The notes: generated by a model not told the origin, from the sequence alone. Shown: positions 53,099-62,644, numbered from the stretch's first letter. The stretch is 64,000 nt of DNA from Chloroflexota bacterium (GCA_947472995.1 CANJBO010000006.1:4354-68353), one strand, 5' to 3'. Numbers and translations: made by a program.

Positions 53099-54214
53099 CT
53101 ACCGCCGCATCCCCGGATCGGCCTCGTGCGGCGCGGGGGCGCCGGGGGCGCCGACGGGCGGCAGGCCGACGACGGAGCGGTCGTCTGCGAAGACGAGGCC
53201 GCGCAGCAGCGACAGCGCAGACATGCGCCAGTCGCCCTCGCCGTCGGGGCCGCTGCCCCAGCGGCCGTGTCGCGGCTCGCCGCGCAGGACGTGGGGCACC
53301 TCGGCGGCGACCTCGCCACCGAAGATGACGAGGTTCGCGACGAGGTAGACCCAGAACAGCAGCACGATCACGGAGCCGAGCGACCCGTAGATCAGGTTGA
53401 ACGAGCCGAACTGCTCCACGTACCAGGCGAATCCGGCCTTCAGCGCCTCGAACCCCACGGCGGCGAGGAGCGCGCCCGGCCACATGTCGCGCACGCGCAC
53501 GCGGCGGTTCGGCAGCAGCCGGTACATCAGCAGGAACGCGACGAACGACAGCGCGAACGGGACGACCAGCGCGCCGATCGCGGAGGCGATGCCCGTGTCC
53601 GCGAACGGCACCTGCACCGGGCTGTCGAGGTACGCCCACGCGCGGCCGAACTCGGTGCGGACGACGCGCCACGCGGCCGTCAGCACCACGCCACCGAGCA
53701 GCGGCAGACCGATGATCGGCAGCAGCGCGTAGTCGATCAGCTTCGCGCGCAGCCACGGCCGCCCCACGGTCACATCGAACGCCACGTCGAGCGCGGAGCG
53801 CACCGCCGCGGAAAGCGCGCCGGCGGTCCAGATCGAGCCGAGCGCGGAGACGATCGTGAGCGTCGGGCCGAGCTTGGCGACGTTCCGCAGCGAGTCGGCG
53901 ATACTCTGGTCCTGCGTCGGGAGGAACGTGATGATCGCGTTCAGCACCTGCTCCTGCACCCCGGGCGCGCGCAGCACGATGCCGAAGATCGAGACGGCGA
54001 GCAGGGTGATCGGGAAGAGCGAGAACAGCGCGTAGTAGGAGATGGCCGCCGCCATCCTCGACCCGCCGTCATCGATGAAGTTGGTGAGGGCGCGGCCGAG
54101 GATCCGCAGGGGGACTCGCCACTGGGCGCGGATCAGGCGCACGATCGGGATCGGTCGGGTCTGACCCGGCTCGGTCGGGCTCGGTCGGAGCAGCGTCGGC
54201 CTCCCGCGGTTCAC
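53099..54214 (-). CDS. YihY/BrkB family membrane protein
   Basis: AAAISYYALFSLFP, YRLLPN, IYGSLGSVIVLLFWVY; start uncertain. Confidence 0.88.
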   Translation of the reverse strand: MNRGRPTLLRPSPTEPGQTRPIPIVRLIRAQWRVPLRILGRALTNFIDDGGSRMAAAISYYALFSLFPITLLAVSIFGIVLRAPGVQEQVLNAIITFLPTQDQSIADSLRNVAKLGPTLTIVSALGSIWTAGALSAAVRSALDVAFDVTVGRPWLRAKLIDYALLPIIGLPLLGGVVLTAAWRVVRTEFGRAWAYLDSPVQVPFADTGIASAIGALVVPFALSFVAFLLMYRLLPNRRVRVRDMWPGALLAAVGFEALKAGFAWYVEQFGSFNLIYGSLGSVIVLLFWVYLVANLVIFGGEVAAEVPHVLRGEPRHGRWGSGPDGEGDWRMSALSLLRGLVFADDRSVVGLPPVGAPGAPAPHEADPGMRR

Positions 54215-54278
54215 CGGCCCGTTCCGCCGGAACATCGTAGCCGGTCGCATTCCAACGCTCCCGAGGGGGGAGCGCGCC

Positions 54279-55442
54279 ATGACGGGACAGCGCCTCCAGC
54301 CACAGCACGTCGCCTATCGCCGCGTCGTGGTGAAGGTCGGCTCCAACGTGCTCACGGGCGGCACCGATCAGATCGACACGGTCGCGATCGCGGCGATCGT
54401 CGAGCAGATCGCGGGCCTCGTCGGGCGCGGCGTGCAGACGATCGTCGTCACCTCGGGCGCGGTCGCCGCGGGGCGGCATCGCGTGCGGGCGCACCACGAG
54501 GCGCGCGCGCTCGCGCTGCGCGAGGCGCAGTCGAGGCAGGCGCTCGCGGCGATCGGGCAGTCGCGACTGATGGCGCTGTGGGACCAGCTGTTCGAGCAGC
54601 ACGACGTGCCCACCGCGCAGGCGCTGCTGACACGCCGTGACCTCGCGGACCGCCTCGGCTACCTCAACGCGCGCAACACGCTGCTCGAGCTGGTCGAGCT
54701 CGGCGTCGTGCCGATCGTCAACGAGAACGACGTCGTCTCCGTCGAGGAGCTGCGCGAGCTGACGGTGATCGGCGACAACGACAACCTCTCCGCGCAGGTC
54801 GCGAACCTCGTCGACGCGGAGCTGCTGCTGATCCTCTCGGACATCGACGGCCTCTACACCGCCGACCCGAACCGCGACCCCGCCGCGCGCCGGATCGAGG
54901 AGGTCCCCGTCATCGACGACGCGATCCTCGCGGCGGCGCAGGGCGGCACCGGGAGCAGCCGCGGCACCGGCGGGATGCTGACAAAAATCCAGGCGGCGCG
55001 CATCGCGACGCAGGGTGGGACGCACGTCGTGATCGCGGCGGGCGCGGCGCGCGAGGTGGTGCTGCGCGCCGTCGCCGGCGAGCCGATCGGCACGCACTTC
55101 CTCCCCGTGGGCGACCGCCTCGAGAGCCGCCGGCGCTACCTGCTCTCCGGCCTCCAGTCGCGCGGCTCCGTGACCGTGGACGACGGCGCGGCGGGGGCGC
55201 TGCTGCGCGGGGGCTCCTCGCTCCTCCCGGCCGGCGTGACCGGCTGCGACGGGACGTTCGTCCGAGGCGACGTGGTGCACGTGATGACGCAGGCGGGCCG
55301 CCACCTCGCCAGCGGCATGGCGAACTACTCCCGCGAGGAGGTCACGCGGATCCTCGGCCGGAAGTCGGATCAGATCGCGGAGCTGCTGGGCTACGAGTTC
55401 GGCGCGGAGGTCATCCACCGCAACAATCTCGTGCTCGTGTAA
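54279..55442 (+). CDS. proB: Glutamate 5-kinase
   Basis: VVKVGSNVL, VTSGAV, PIVNEND, GDNDNLSA, GTGGMLTK, PUA domain. Confidence 0.97.
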   Translation: MTGQRLQPQHVAYRRVVVKVGSNVLTGGTDQIDTVAIAAIVEQIAGLVGRGVQTIVVTSGAVAAGRHRVRAHHEARALALREAQSRQALAAIGQSRLMALWDQLFEQHDVPTAQALLTRRDLADRLGYLNARNTLLELVELGVVPIVNENDVVSVEELRELTVIGDNDNLSAQVANLVDAELLLILSDIDGLYTADPNRDPAARRIEEVPVIDDAILAAAQGGTGSSRGTGGMLTKIQAARIATQGGTHVVIAAGAAREVVLRAVAGEPIGTHFLPVGDRLESRRRYLLSGLQSRGSVTVDDGAAGALLRGGSSLLPAGVTGCDGTFVRGDVVHVMTQAGRHLASGMANYSREEVTRILGRKSDQIAELLGYEFGAEVIHRNNLVLV

Positions 55443-55451
55443 CCTTCTTCA

Positions 55452-55568
55452 TGCGGGCGCAAGCGGGGATACCCCGCCCGCCCTCCGAGAGGTCGCATCT
55501 CTCTTGCGGGCCTCATGCGAGGAATACCTCGCCGGCCCTCCGGAGGTCGCGAGGCGCCTCAGCCACTC
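55452..55568 (+). repeat. Family C structured repeat, tandem pair between proB and proA
   Basis: Two copies with GGGG-ATA-CCCC and GAGG-AATA-CCTC stems. Confidence 0.65.
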
Positions 55569-55606
55569 TCGGATCTCGCTTGCGGTCTCACGCAGAGGAA
55601 CGACCG

Positions 55607-56902
55607 ATGACCAGCACCATCTCCCGCCCCCAGGACACCGCGGAGTCCGAGGCGACCCGCAAGGCAGCGCTGGCACGCGCCGCGAGCCGCCGCATGTCCG
55701 CCGTCACCAGCGACCAGCGCAACGACGCGCTACGCCGCATCGCCGACGCGATCGAGGCGGAGACGCCGCGCATCCTCGCCGTCAACGGGCCGGAGGTCGA
55801 GCGCGGGCGCGCGAACGGGATCATGGCGGCGTTCATCGACCGCATGGAGTTGAACGAGGCGCGCCTGAAGGCGATCGCGAACGACACGCGCGCGGTCGCC
55901 GCACTGCCCGATCCGATCGGCGTGATCGAGGAGATGGTGACGCGCCCCAATGGCCTGCAGATCGGGCGCATGCGCGTGCCGCTGGGCGTGATCGCGACGA
56001 TCTACGAGTCGCGACCCAACGTCACCGTCGACATCGCCGCGGTGTGCCTGAAGTCCGGCAACGGCGTCGTGCTGCGCTCCGGCACCGACGCACATGCGAC
56101 CTCGGCGGTGTTCGCCGAGATCATCGCGCGCGAGGCGGTCGCCGCCGGGCTGCCCGACGGCATCGTGCAGTTCATCGAATCGACGGACCGCGAGGAGGTC
56201 GGCGCGCTGCTGAAGGCGGGCGCGCTGGTCGACCTGATGGTGCCTCGAGGCGGCGCGGACCTGATCCGGCGCGTGCAGCAGGAGGCGACGATGCCCGTCG
56301 TCGCCGGCGGCATCGGCGTATGCCACACCTTCGTCGATGAGGACGCGAGCCTCGACATGGCGCGCGACATCGTGATCAACGCGAAGACCGTGCGCCCCTC
56401 GGTGTGTAACGCGATGGACACGCTGCTCGTGCACGCGGCCGTCGCAGAGCGCTTCGTGCCGATGATCGCGGAGGCGCTGGGCGCGAAGGGCGTGACGCTG
56501 CACGCCGACGCGCGCGCACTGCCGCTCGCGCAGTCCGCGCGCGGCGTCGACGTCGTGCCGGTGCGCGACGAGGACTACGACCGCGAGTGGCTCTCGCTCG
56601 ACTGCTCCGTGCGCATCGTCGACACCCTCGACGACGCGCTCGGCCACATCGAGGTGCACGGCAGCGGGCACTCCGAGGCGATCGTGACGGACTCATGGGC
56701 CGCGTCGCAGCGCTTCCTGCGCGACGCCGATGCCGCCGCGGTGTTCGTGAACGCCTCGACGTACTTCAACGACGGCGCGCAGTTCGGCCTCGGCGTGGAG
56801 GTCGGCATCTCGACGCAGAAGATGCACGCGCGCGGGCCGATGGGCCTGAAGGAGCTGACGTCCTACAAGTGGATCGTGCTCGGCAACGGCCAGACGCGGT
56901 AA
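55607..56902 (+). CDS. proA: Gamma-glutamyl phosphate reductase
   Basis: VPLGVI..IYESRPNVT, RPSVCNA, GSGHSEAI, NAST.F.DG..FG.G.E.GISTQKMHARGPMGL. Confidence 0.97.
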   Translation: MTSTISRPQDTAESEATRKAALARAASRRMSAVTSDQRNDALRRIADAIEAETPRILAVNGPEVERGRANGIMAAFIDRMELNEARLKAIANDTRAVAALPDPIGVIEEMVTRPNGLQIGRMRVPLGVIATIYESRPNVTVDIAAVCLKSGNGVVLRSGTDAHATSAVFAEIIAREAVAAGLPDGIVQFIESTDREEVGALLKAGALVDLMVPRGGADLIRRVQQEATMPVVAGGIGVCHTFVDEDASLDMARDIVINAKTVRPSVCNAMDTLLVHAAVAERFVPMIAEALGAKGVTLHADARALPLAQSARGVDVVPVRDEDYDREWLSLDCSVRIVDTLDDALGHIEVHGSGHSEAIVTDSWAASQRFLRDADAAAVFVNASTYFNDGAQFGLGVEVGISTQKMHARGPMGLKELTSYKWIVLGNGQTR

Positions 56903-57031
56903 CGGCAGACGCGGTAGCAACCGCCGCCAGCAAGCAGCCCGCGACCGCCTCGGCGGTCCGCACACACCACCCACCGCACAGCCAGCCACCCGCATATCCC
57001 ACCCACCGCCGAGAACGAAGCGAGACGCACC

Positions 57032-57427
57032 GTGCCCTACACCTTTGAACGCATCGCCCGCACGCCGCACTCCGAGGAGTGGCGCGTGGACGCCGAGGCC
57101 GGCGCGATCGGCCGCGTCGACCTGCACTTCACCGGGTCGAAGGTCTACGGGACGCTGGTCGTCCAGACCGCGATCGCGGAGGACGAGATCGAGGACCTGA
57201 TCGGCGAGATCGACGCGCGTCTCGTCTCCACCGCCGACGAGTACCGCGAGGACTTCGTGGTCACCGTCTGGCGCGGCGTCGAGTTCGGCACGTATGCCGA
57301 GGACGGCCCGCGCGTGCTCGACGACTTCGAGGACGACGCCGTCACGGTCGACGATGTCGATGACGAGCTCGACGAGGAAGACATCGACGACGACGAGCTG
57401 GACGAGGACGACGACGCCCGGCGATAG
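57032..57427 (+). CDS. Hypothetical protein with highly acidic C-terminus
   Basis: YTFER..RT..SE, GRVDLHF, REDFVVTVW.G; D/E-rich tail. Confidence 0.75.
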   Translation: MPYTFERIARTPHSEEWRVDAEAGAIGRVDLHFTGSKVYGTLVVQTAIAEDEIEDLIGEIDARLVSTADEYREDFVVTVWRGVEFGTYAEDGPRVLDDFEDDAVTVDDVDDELDEEDIDDDELDEDDDARR

Positions 57428-57440
57428 CGCGCGCCTCGAC

Positions 57441-58172
57441 TTGCCCGCGTTCGACGCGGGGCGCATCGAGGTCGTCTCGTTCGACCTCGACGGCACGCTG
57501 CTCGACTCACGCTCCGCATGGCGACGCGGGTTTGAGGCGCCGTTCGCGCGCCTCGCCGAGCGACACCCCTCGCTGCTGACGCTGGGCGACTTCGCGCACG
57601 TGCACGACCACGTGTTCCAGCCGTTCCTCATGGCGCTCTGGGAGCGCGACCGCGGCGAGTGGACGCCCGACTACGTGCGGGACGGCTGGCGCCTGCTCCT
57701 CGATCACCACGCAACGACCGACCACGCCGCGGCCGACGCCGCGTTCGAGGAGTACGAGTCGACGTGGCCCGGCCTGATGCAGCTGTTCGAGGAGTCGCTC
57801 GCCGTCCTCGAGGCGGTGCAGGCGCGCTACCCGATGGTGCTGCTGACGAACGGCAACACCACGCAGCAGCGCATGAAGATCGTCGCGCACGACCTCGAAC
57901 GGTGGTTCCGGCACGTCGTGGTGTCGGAGGAGGTCGGGCTGCTCAAGCCGGACCCGGCGATCTTCGCGCACGCGATCGCGCCGCTCGGCGCGCTGCCGCA
58001 TGCAGCGCTGCACATCGGCGACACGCGATCGCAGGACATCGCGGGCGCGCGCGCGGCGGGCTGGCAGTCCGCGTGGATCAACCGCAGCGGCACCCCCGCC
58101 ACCGACGAGGATCACCCCGACGTCGAGATCACGTCGCTCGATGAGCTGGTGGTGTTGCTCGGGTTGCGGTAA
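57441..58172 (+). CDS. HAD-family hydrolase
   Basis: FDLDGTLLD, LTNG, KPDPAIF, HIGD...DI.GA; start uncertain. Confidence 0.88.
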   Translation: MPAFDAGRIEVVSFDLDGTLLDSRSAWRRGFEAPFARLAERHPSLLTLGDFAHVHDHVFQPFLMALWERDRGEWTPDYVRDGWRLLLDHHATTDHAAADAAFEEYESTWPGLMQLFEESLAVLEAVQARYPMVLLTNGNTTQQRMKIVAHDLERWFRHVVVSEEVGLLKPDPAIFAHAIAPLGALPHAALHIGDTRSQDIAGARAAGWQSAWINRSGTPATDEDHPDVEITSLDELVVLLGLR

Positions 58173-58180
58173 CCCGTGCA

Positions 58181-58423
58181 GGGCGGCCCACCCCTGCCCC
58201 TCCCGGCGCGGGAGGGGTTCTGAATCAGAAAGATGTTGTGAGGAGCTGCGCCCCTCACACTCCCGGCGGAGCCAGAACCGGGAGCCAAATACCGCCGGAA
58301 TCGGTCGTTCACAACGAGCGACCGGGTCCTGAACAGCGGGGCGCAGTGCTGATGGGGTGCAACCCCATCAGAGAACCAAACCCCTTCCCGCGCAGGGAAG
58401 GGGGGCAGGGGGATGGGCGCCCC
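58181..58423. mobile_element. Family B inverted doublet
   Basis: Left arm nearly identical to 48275 for ~90 bp; right arm shares GATGGGGTGCAACCCCATC with the 18275 element. Confidence 0.7.
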
Positions 58424-58441
58424 GCGATACCTCGACGGTGG

Positions 58442-59392
58442 TTAGCGCTTGCGGGCGACGACGCGGCGGACGGCCTGCTCCACGCCCTCGGCGGTGAGGC
58501 CCATGATCTCCAGGACCTCGTCCCACGTGCCCGACTCGCCGTAGCGGTCGTTCACGCCGACGAACTCCATCGGCACGGGCTGCGTGCTCGCGGCGATCGC
58601 CTGCGCGCACATCGCGCCGAGGCCCGAGTGGGTCAGGTGCTCCTCCGCGACGACGATCGCGCCGGTGTCGCGCGCGGCCGCCTCGAGCGCCGCGACGTCG
58701 AGGGGGCGGATCGTGCCCATGTTCAGCACGCGCACGGAGATGCCCGCGCGCTCCAGCACCTCGGCCGCGTCGAGCGAGCGGCCGACGAGCAGCCCGCACG
58801 CGACGATCGTCACGTCAGAGCCGTCGCGCAGCATGTTCGCCTTGCCGACCTCGAAGCGCGGGCCGTCCGTGTAGATGACAGGGATCTTGGGGCGGCCGGT
58901 GCGGATGTACCACGGGCCGGGCGTCGCGATCGCGGCCTCGACCATCGCCTGCGCCTCGACGACGTCGGCGGGGACGCACACCGTGAAGTTCACGAGCGAG
59001 GAGAAGAGCGCGTAGTCCTCGACGGACTGCGCGGACGCGCCGTCCTCGCCGGTGGAGACGCCGCCGTGGCTGGCGACGATCTTCACGTTGAGGCGGGGCT
59101 GCGCGACGGACATGCGGAGCTGGTCGAACGCGTGCTCCGCGAACACCGCGAACGTCGAGGCGACGACGGTGTGCCCGGTGGTCGCGAGGCCGCCGGCGGC
59201 GGAGATCATGTTCTGCTCGGCGACGCCGAACGAGAAGAAGCGCTCGGGGAACACGTCGCGGAACGTGCGCGCCGACGTGGACTTCCCGAGGTCCGCATCG
59301 ACGACGACGATGTCGGCGCCCTCCTGCTGCATGCGGACGAGCGTGGGGCCCAGGGCCTCGCGGGTGGCGGCGGAGGGGAGCGTGGTGGTCAT
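58442..59392 (-). CDS. Transketolase, C-terminal subunit
   Basis: ADLGKST, GVAEQNM, GEDGASAQ, EEH...GLG. Confidence 0.92.
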   Translation of the reverse strand: MTTTLPSAATREALGPTLVRMQQEGADIVVVDADLGKSTSARTFRDVFPERFFSFGVAEQNMISAAGGLATTGHTVVASTFAVFAEHAFDQLRMSVAQPRLNVKIVASHGGVSTGEDGASAQSVEDYALFSSLVNFTVCVPADVVEAQAMVEAAIATPGPWYIRTGRPKIPVIYTDGPRFEVGKANMLRDGSDVTIVACGLLVGRSLDAAEVLERAGISVRVLNMGTIRPLDVAALEAAARDTGAIVVAEEHLTHSGLGAMCAQAIAASTQPVPMEFVGVNDRYGESGTWDEVLEIMGLTAEGVEQAVRRVVARKR

Positions 59393-60216
59393 CAGTCAGC
59401 CAGTTCCTGCATCGCGAGCGCGAACTGCTCGGCGTTCGGGGCGGCGCCGTGGAACCCCGGGTTGTTCTCCATGAAGGAGACGCCCTTGCCCTTCACGGTG
59501 TCGAAGATCACCAGCGCCGGCTTGCCGCGCACGTCGCGCGCCCAGGCCAGTGCCTCCTCGATCGCCTCGTGGTCGTGGCCGTCGATGCCGGCGCGCACTT
59601 CCCAGCCGAACGCGCGGTACTTCTCGTCCAGCGGCTCGGTGCGCATCTGCGCGGCGGTGAAGTCGTCGTTCTGGATGCCGTTGCGATCGATGATCGCGAC
59701 GAAGTGGTCGACCTCGTGGTGCGCGGCGGCCATCGCGGCCTCCCACACCTGGCCCTCGTCCTGCTCGCCGTCGCCCATCAGCACGTACACGTGCGCGTCC
59801 GTCTGGTTCAGCCGCATGCCGAGACGGATGCCGAGGCCGAACGAGAGGCCCATGCCCAGCGCGCCCGCGGAGTTCTCGACGCCGGCCGGCTTGCCGAGGA
59901 CGGAGTGGCCCTGCAGGCGCGTGCCCTTCTTGCGGAACGTCGCGAGCTCCTCCACGGGGAGGTAGCCGTTCTCCGCGAGGATCGCGTACTGGACGGGGGT
60001 GCAGTGGCCCTTGCTCATGATGAAGCGGTCGCGCTCGGGCCAGTCGGGGCGCTGCGGATCGTGGCGCATGATGCGGCCATACAGCACCGCGAGGATGTCC
60101 GTCGCGGACAGCGAGCCACCGATGTGCCCGGACTGCGCGCCGTTCACCATCTCCACGACGTGTCGACGCACGCGCCTGCTCAGCGCGCGCAGATCAGTAC
60201 CCGCTCCTGCGACCAT
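59392..60216 (-). CDS. Transketolase, N-terminal (ThDP-binding) subunit
   Basis: SGHIGGSLS, RDRFIMSKGH, LQGH, GDGE..EG..WEA, KGKGV. Confidence 0.92.
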   Translation of the reverse strand: MVAGAGTDLRALSRRVRRHVVEMVNGAQSGHIGGSLSATDILAVLYGRIMRHDPQRPDWPERDRFIMSKGHCTPVQYAILAENGYLPVEELATFRKKGTRLQGHSVLGKPAGVENSAGALGMGLSFGLGIRLGMRLNQTDAHVYVLMGDGEQDEGQVWEAAMAAAHHEVDHFVAIIDRNGIQNDDFTAAQMRTEPLDEKYRAFGWEVRAGIDGHDHEAIEEALAWARDVRGKPALVIFDTVKGKGVSFMENNPGFHGAAPNAEQFALAMQELAD

Positions 60217-60321
60217 GCTCGCCCCCCGCGTAACCGGCGATAGGGCGTGAGTATACGGAGCGAATGCGGGCGGGTCGAACGGGCCCTCGCGACGACGTGC
60301 CTCGATGAGTCCCGGAGGCGC

Positions 60322-60492
60322 CTAGACGGAGCAGGACGAGTGGCCGCACACCGGGCAGAGGCTGCACCCCTCGCCGAAGACGAGCGGGCCGGCGCACTGC
60401 GGACAGCGCGGCCCGGCGTAGGCCCACCGCCGCCGTCGAGGCGTCGGGAGCTGATCCACGTCGGCCACCGGGAACGTCGTGTCGGGAGTCAT
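60322..60492 (-). CDS. Small zinc-ribbon protein resembling the NrdJ C-terminal zinc finger
   Basis: GAGGTG RBS, ATG; ...RCPQCAGPLVFGEGCSLCPVCGHSSCSV*. Confidence 0.7.
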   Translation of the reverse strand: MTPDTTFPVADVDQLPTPRRRRWAYAGPRCPQCAGPLVFGEGCSLCPVCGHSSCSV

Positions 60493-60511
60493 CTGGCACC
60501 TCACGAGGTAC

Positions 60512-60525
60512 AGAACAACCGTTCT
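60512..60525. promoter_or_regulatory. LexA (SOS) box
   Basis: AGAAC-AACC-GTTCT, perfect Chloroflexota/Gram-positive-type GAAC-N4-GTTC. Confidence 0.75.
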
Positions 60526-60544
60526 TACTGCTCTACCGTATGTG

Positions 60545-60558
60545 AGAACGCATGTTCT
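60545..60558. promoter_or_regulatory. LexA (SOS) box between the -35 and -10 of the minus-strand promoter
   Basis: AGAAC-GCAT-GTTCT lying within TTGACT (60564-60559) N18 TACGGT (60540-60535). Confidence 0.8.
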
Positions 60559-60617
60559 AGTCAAGCGCCGCTAGGATGCACCTCGACACCCCGCGCATCG
60601 AGGAGAACGACCCACCG

Positions 60618-60833
60618 ATGACTGCTCTCGTCCGCGGGCTGTTCATCGTGATCGCGATCGTGATCGCCTACGGCGTGTTCATGCAGGCGCGCGAGCCGGG
60701 GCCGCCGGGGCTGCGGGGCGTCTGGATGCACATGAAGCGCCTGGGCGGCAAGGTGCGGCTGGTCCTGCTCATCTACATCGCCGTCATCGTGATCAGCGCC
60801 GCGCTCCGCGTGATGGGCTGGGGCATCGGATGA
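60618..60833 (+). CDS. Small two-TM membrane protein
   Basis: GAGGAG upstream; two hydrophobic segments; ATGA overlap with glxK. Confidence 0.7.
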   Translation: MTALVRGLFIVIAIVIAYGVFMQAREPGPPGLRGVWMHMKRLGGKVRLVLLIYIAVIVISAALRVMGWGIG

Positions 60834-61981
60834 CGGCTGCCGGCAGCGTTCCGCGCCGCATCCTCGTCTGCCCGCAGGAGTTCAAGGGCTCCCTGACCGC
60901 CGTCGAGGCCGCCGCGACGATCGCCGCGGCCGTCCGCCTCGCGCTCCCCGAGGCCGAGGTGACCGAGCGCGCGATGGCCGACGGCGGCCCGGGGACCGTC
61001 GCGATCGTCGCGCGGGCAACCGGCGCGCGGCTCGTCACGCACGCGGCGACCGGCCCGCTCGGCGACCCGGTGCAGGCGACCTACGCGCTCCTCGAGCGGC
61101 CCGGCGAGCCGGCGCTCGCGGTGATCGAGGCGGCCTCGGCCGCGGGGCTCGTGCTCGTGCCGGCCGAGCGCCGCGACCCGGCGGTCGCCACCAGCGCCGG
61201 CGTCGGCGAGCAGATCCGCCACGCTCTCGCCGCCGGAGCGCGGCGCGTGATCGTGGGCGTCGGCGGCACCGGCACGAACGACGGCGGCGCGGGCGCGGCC
61301 ACCACGCTCGGCGTGCGGCTCCTCGACGCGAACGGCGCGCCGCTCCCGCCCGGCCCGCGCGCACTCATCGAGCTCGCGCGCGTCGAGGCCGGCGACGACG
61401 CGATCGTGCGCGACCTCGACCTGCGGATCGCCGTGGACGTGCAGAACCTGCTGCTCGGCCGCACCGGCGCGACGGCCGTGTACGGCGCCCAGAAGGGCGT
61501 CGCCGACTGGCAGGCCCCCGCCTTCGACGCCGCGCTCGCGCACTGGGCCGGGCGGCTGCGCGACGACCTGCACCTCGACCTCGCGTCCATGCCGGGCGCC
61601 GGCGCGGGAGGCGGGCTGCCGACGGGGCTGCTCGCCGCGTGCCCGCGCGGGCGCATCGAGTCTGGCGCCGCGCTGGTCGCCGACGCGATCGGGCTGTCCG
61701 AGGCGATCGCCGCCGCCGACCTCGTCATCACCGGCGAGGGCGCGATGGACGGGCAGACCGCCTACGGGAAGGCCGTCGCGCACGTCGCCGCGCTCGCCGC
61801 CGCCGCCGGCACGCCGTGCCTCGCCGTCGCCGGGATCGTCGAAGGCTTGCCCGCGGGCATCCTCGACGCCGAGCCGCTCGCCCGCGACGAGGCGGAGCGC
61901 CCCGCCGCGATCGCGCGCGCCGCGGATCACGCCGCCGCCGCCACGACGCGACTCATCCACAGGCACGTCGCGCCTCGGTAG
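60830..61981 (+). CDS. glxK: Glycerate kinase (GlxK type)
   Basis: FKGSLTA, MADGG.GT, GGTGTNDGG.G, YGAQKG, GAGAGGG, ITGEG..D.QT..GK. Confidence 0.92.
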   Translation: MTAAGSVPRRILVCPQEFKGSLTAVEAAATIAAAVRLALPEAEVTERAMADGGPGTVAIVARATGARLVTHAATGPLGDPVQATYALLERPGEPALAVIEAASAAGLVLVPAERRDPAVATSAGVGEQIRHALAAGARRVIVGVGGTGTNDGGAGAATTLGVRLLDANGAPLPPGPRALIELARVEAGDDAIVRDLDLRIAVDVQNLLLGRTGATAVYGAQKGVADWQAPAFDAALAHWAGRLRDDLHLDLASMPGAGAGGGLPTGLLAACPRGRIESGAALVADAIGLSEAIAAADLVITGEGAMDGQTAYGKAVAHVAALAAAAGTPCLAVAGIVEGLPAGILDAEPLARDEAERPAAIARAADHAAAATTRLIHRHVAPR

Positions 61982-62208
61982 CCTCGTCGCCGCGATCAGC
62001 GCCGGATCGCCGCGCGCAGCATGACAATCGCCCGACCTCGACCGCGATCCCCTGCAATTCGGGGCGTTGCGGCATGGTCATGACCGCAATGCCAGTAAAT
62101 ATCTGGCATTCTTGGTCGTAGACCCTTGACACCGGATGCGTGATGTCAAATGATGATGCGCATAGGCGCTTCGATAGATCGCGGGGGTTCCTCCCCAGGA
62201 GGTTTGGA

Positions 62209-62517
62209 ATGACGAAGGCAGAGCTGGTTTCCCTGGTGGCCGCGCAGGCCGGCACCACGAACGCCGACGCGGAGCGCGTTCTGGACGGCTTCCGCGACGT
62301 GATCCAGGCGAAGGTCAAGAACGGCGAGGATGTCGCGTACCCGGGCCTCGGCAAGTTCAGCCGCACCGCGCGCAAGGCGCGCATCGGCCGCAACCCGCAG
62401 ACGGGTGCCGAGATCAAGGTGAAGGCCTCGAAGGCCCCGAAGTTCTCGGCGGCCGCCGGGCTCAAGGCGATCGTGAACGGCCTCGCGCCGGCTCCGAAGA
62501 TCGCGAAGGCGAAATAG
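62209..62517 (+). CDS. hup: HU family DNA-binding protein
   Basis: AGGAGG RBS; MTKAEL, GLGKF..RKARIGRNPQTG..I..KAPKF. Confidence 0.95.
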   Translation: MTKAELVSLVAAQAGTTNADAERVLDGFRDVIQAKVKNGEDVAYPGLGKFSRTARKARIGRNPQTGAEIKVKASKAPKFSAAAGLKAIVNGLAPAPKIAKAK

Positions 62518-62644
62518 CATCCCGACCCGCCGCCCCGGCGCTCATTGAGCGTCGGGTGTCGGGACTGCTATCCGTTGGAGTGCCGCCCGCCCGGGCGGCA
62601 CTCCTGTGTCCGGGGCTCTCGTGTCGGGCAGGCTCGCCTCGACG

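Noticed and set aside
56885-56916. Short tandem duplication AACGGC(C)AGACGCGGTA at the proA stop (att-like)
   Set aside because: Adjacent copies with no integrase or foreign DNA; likely local slippage
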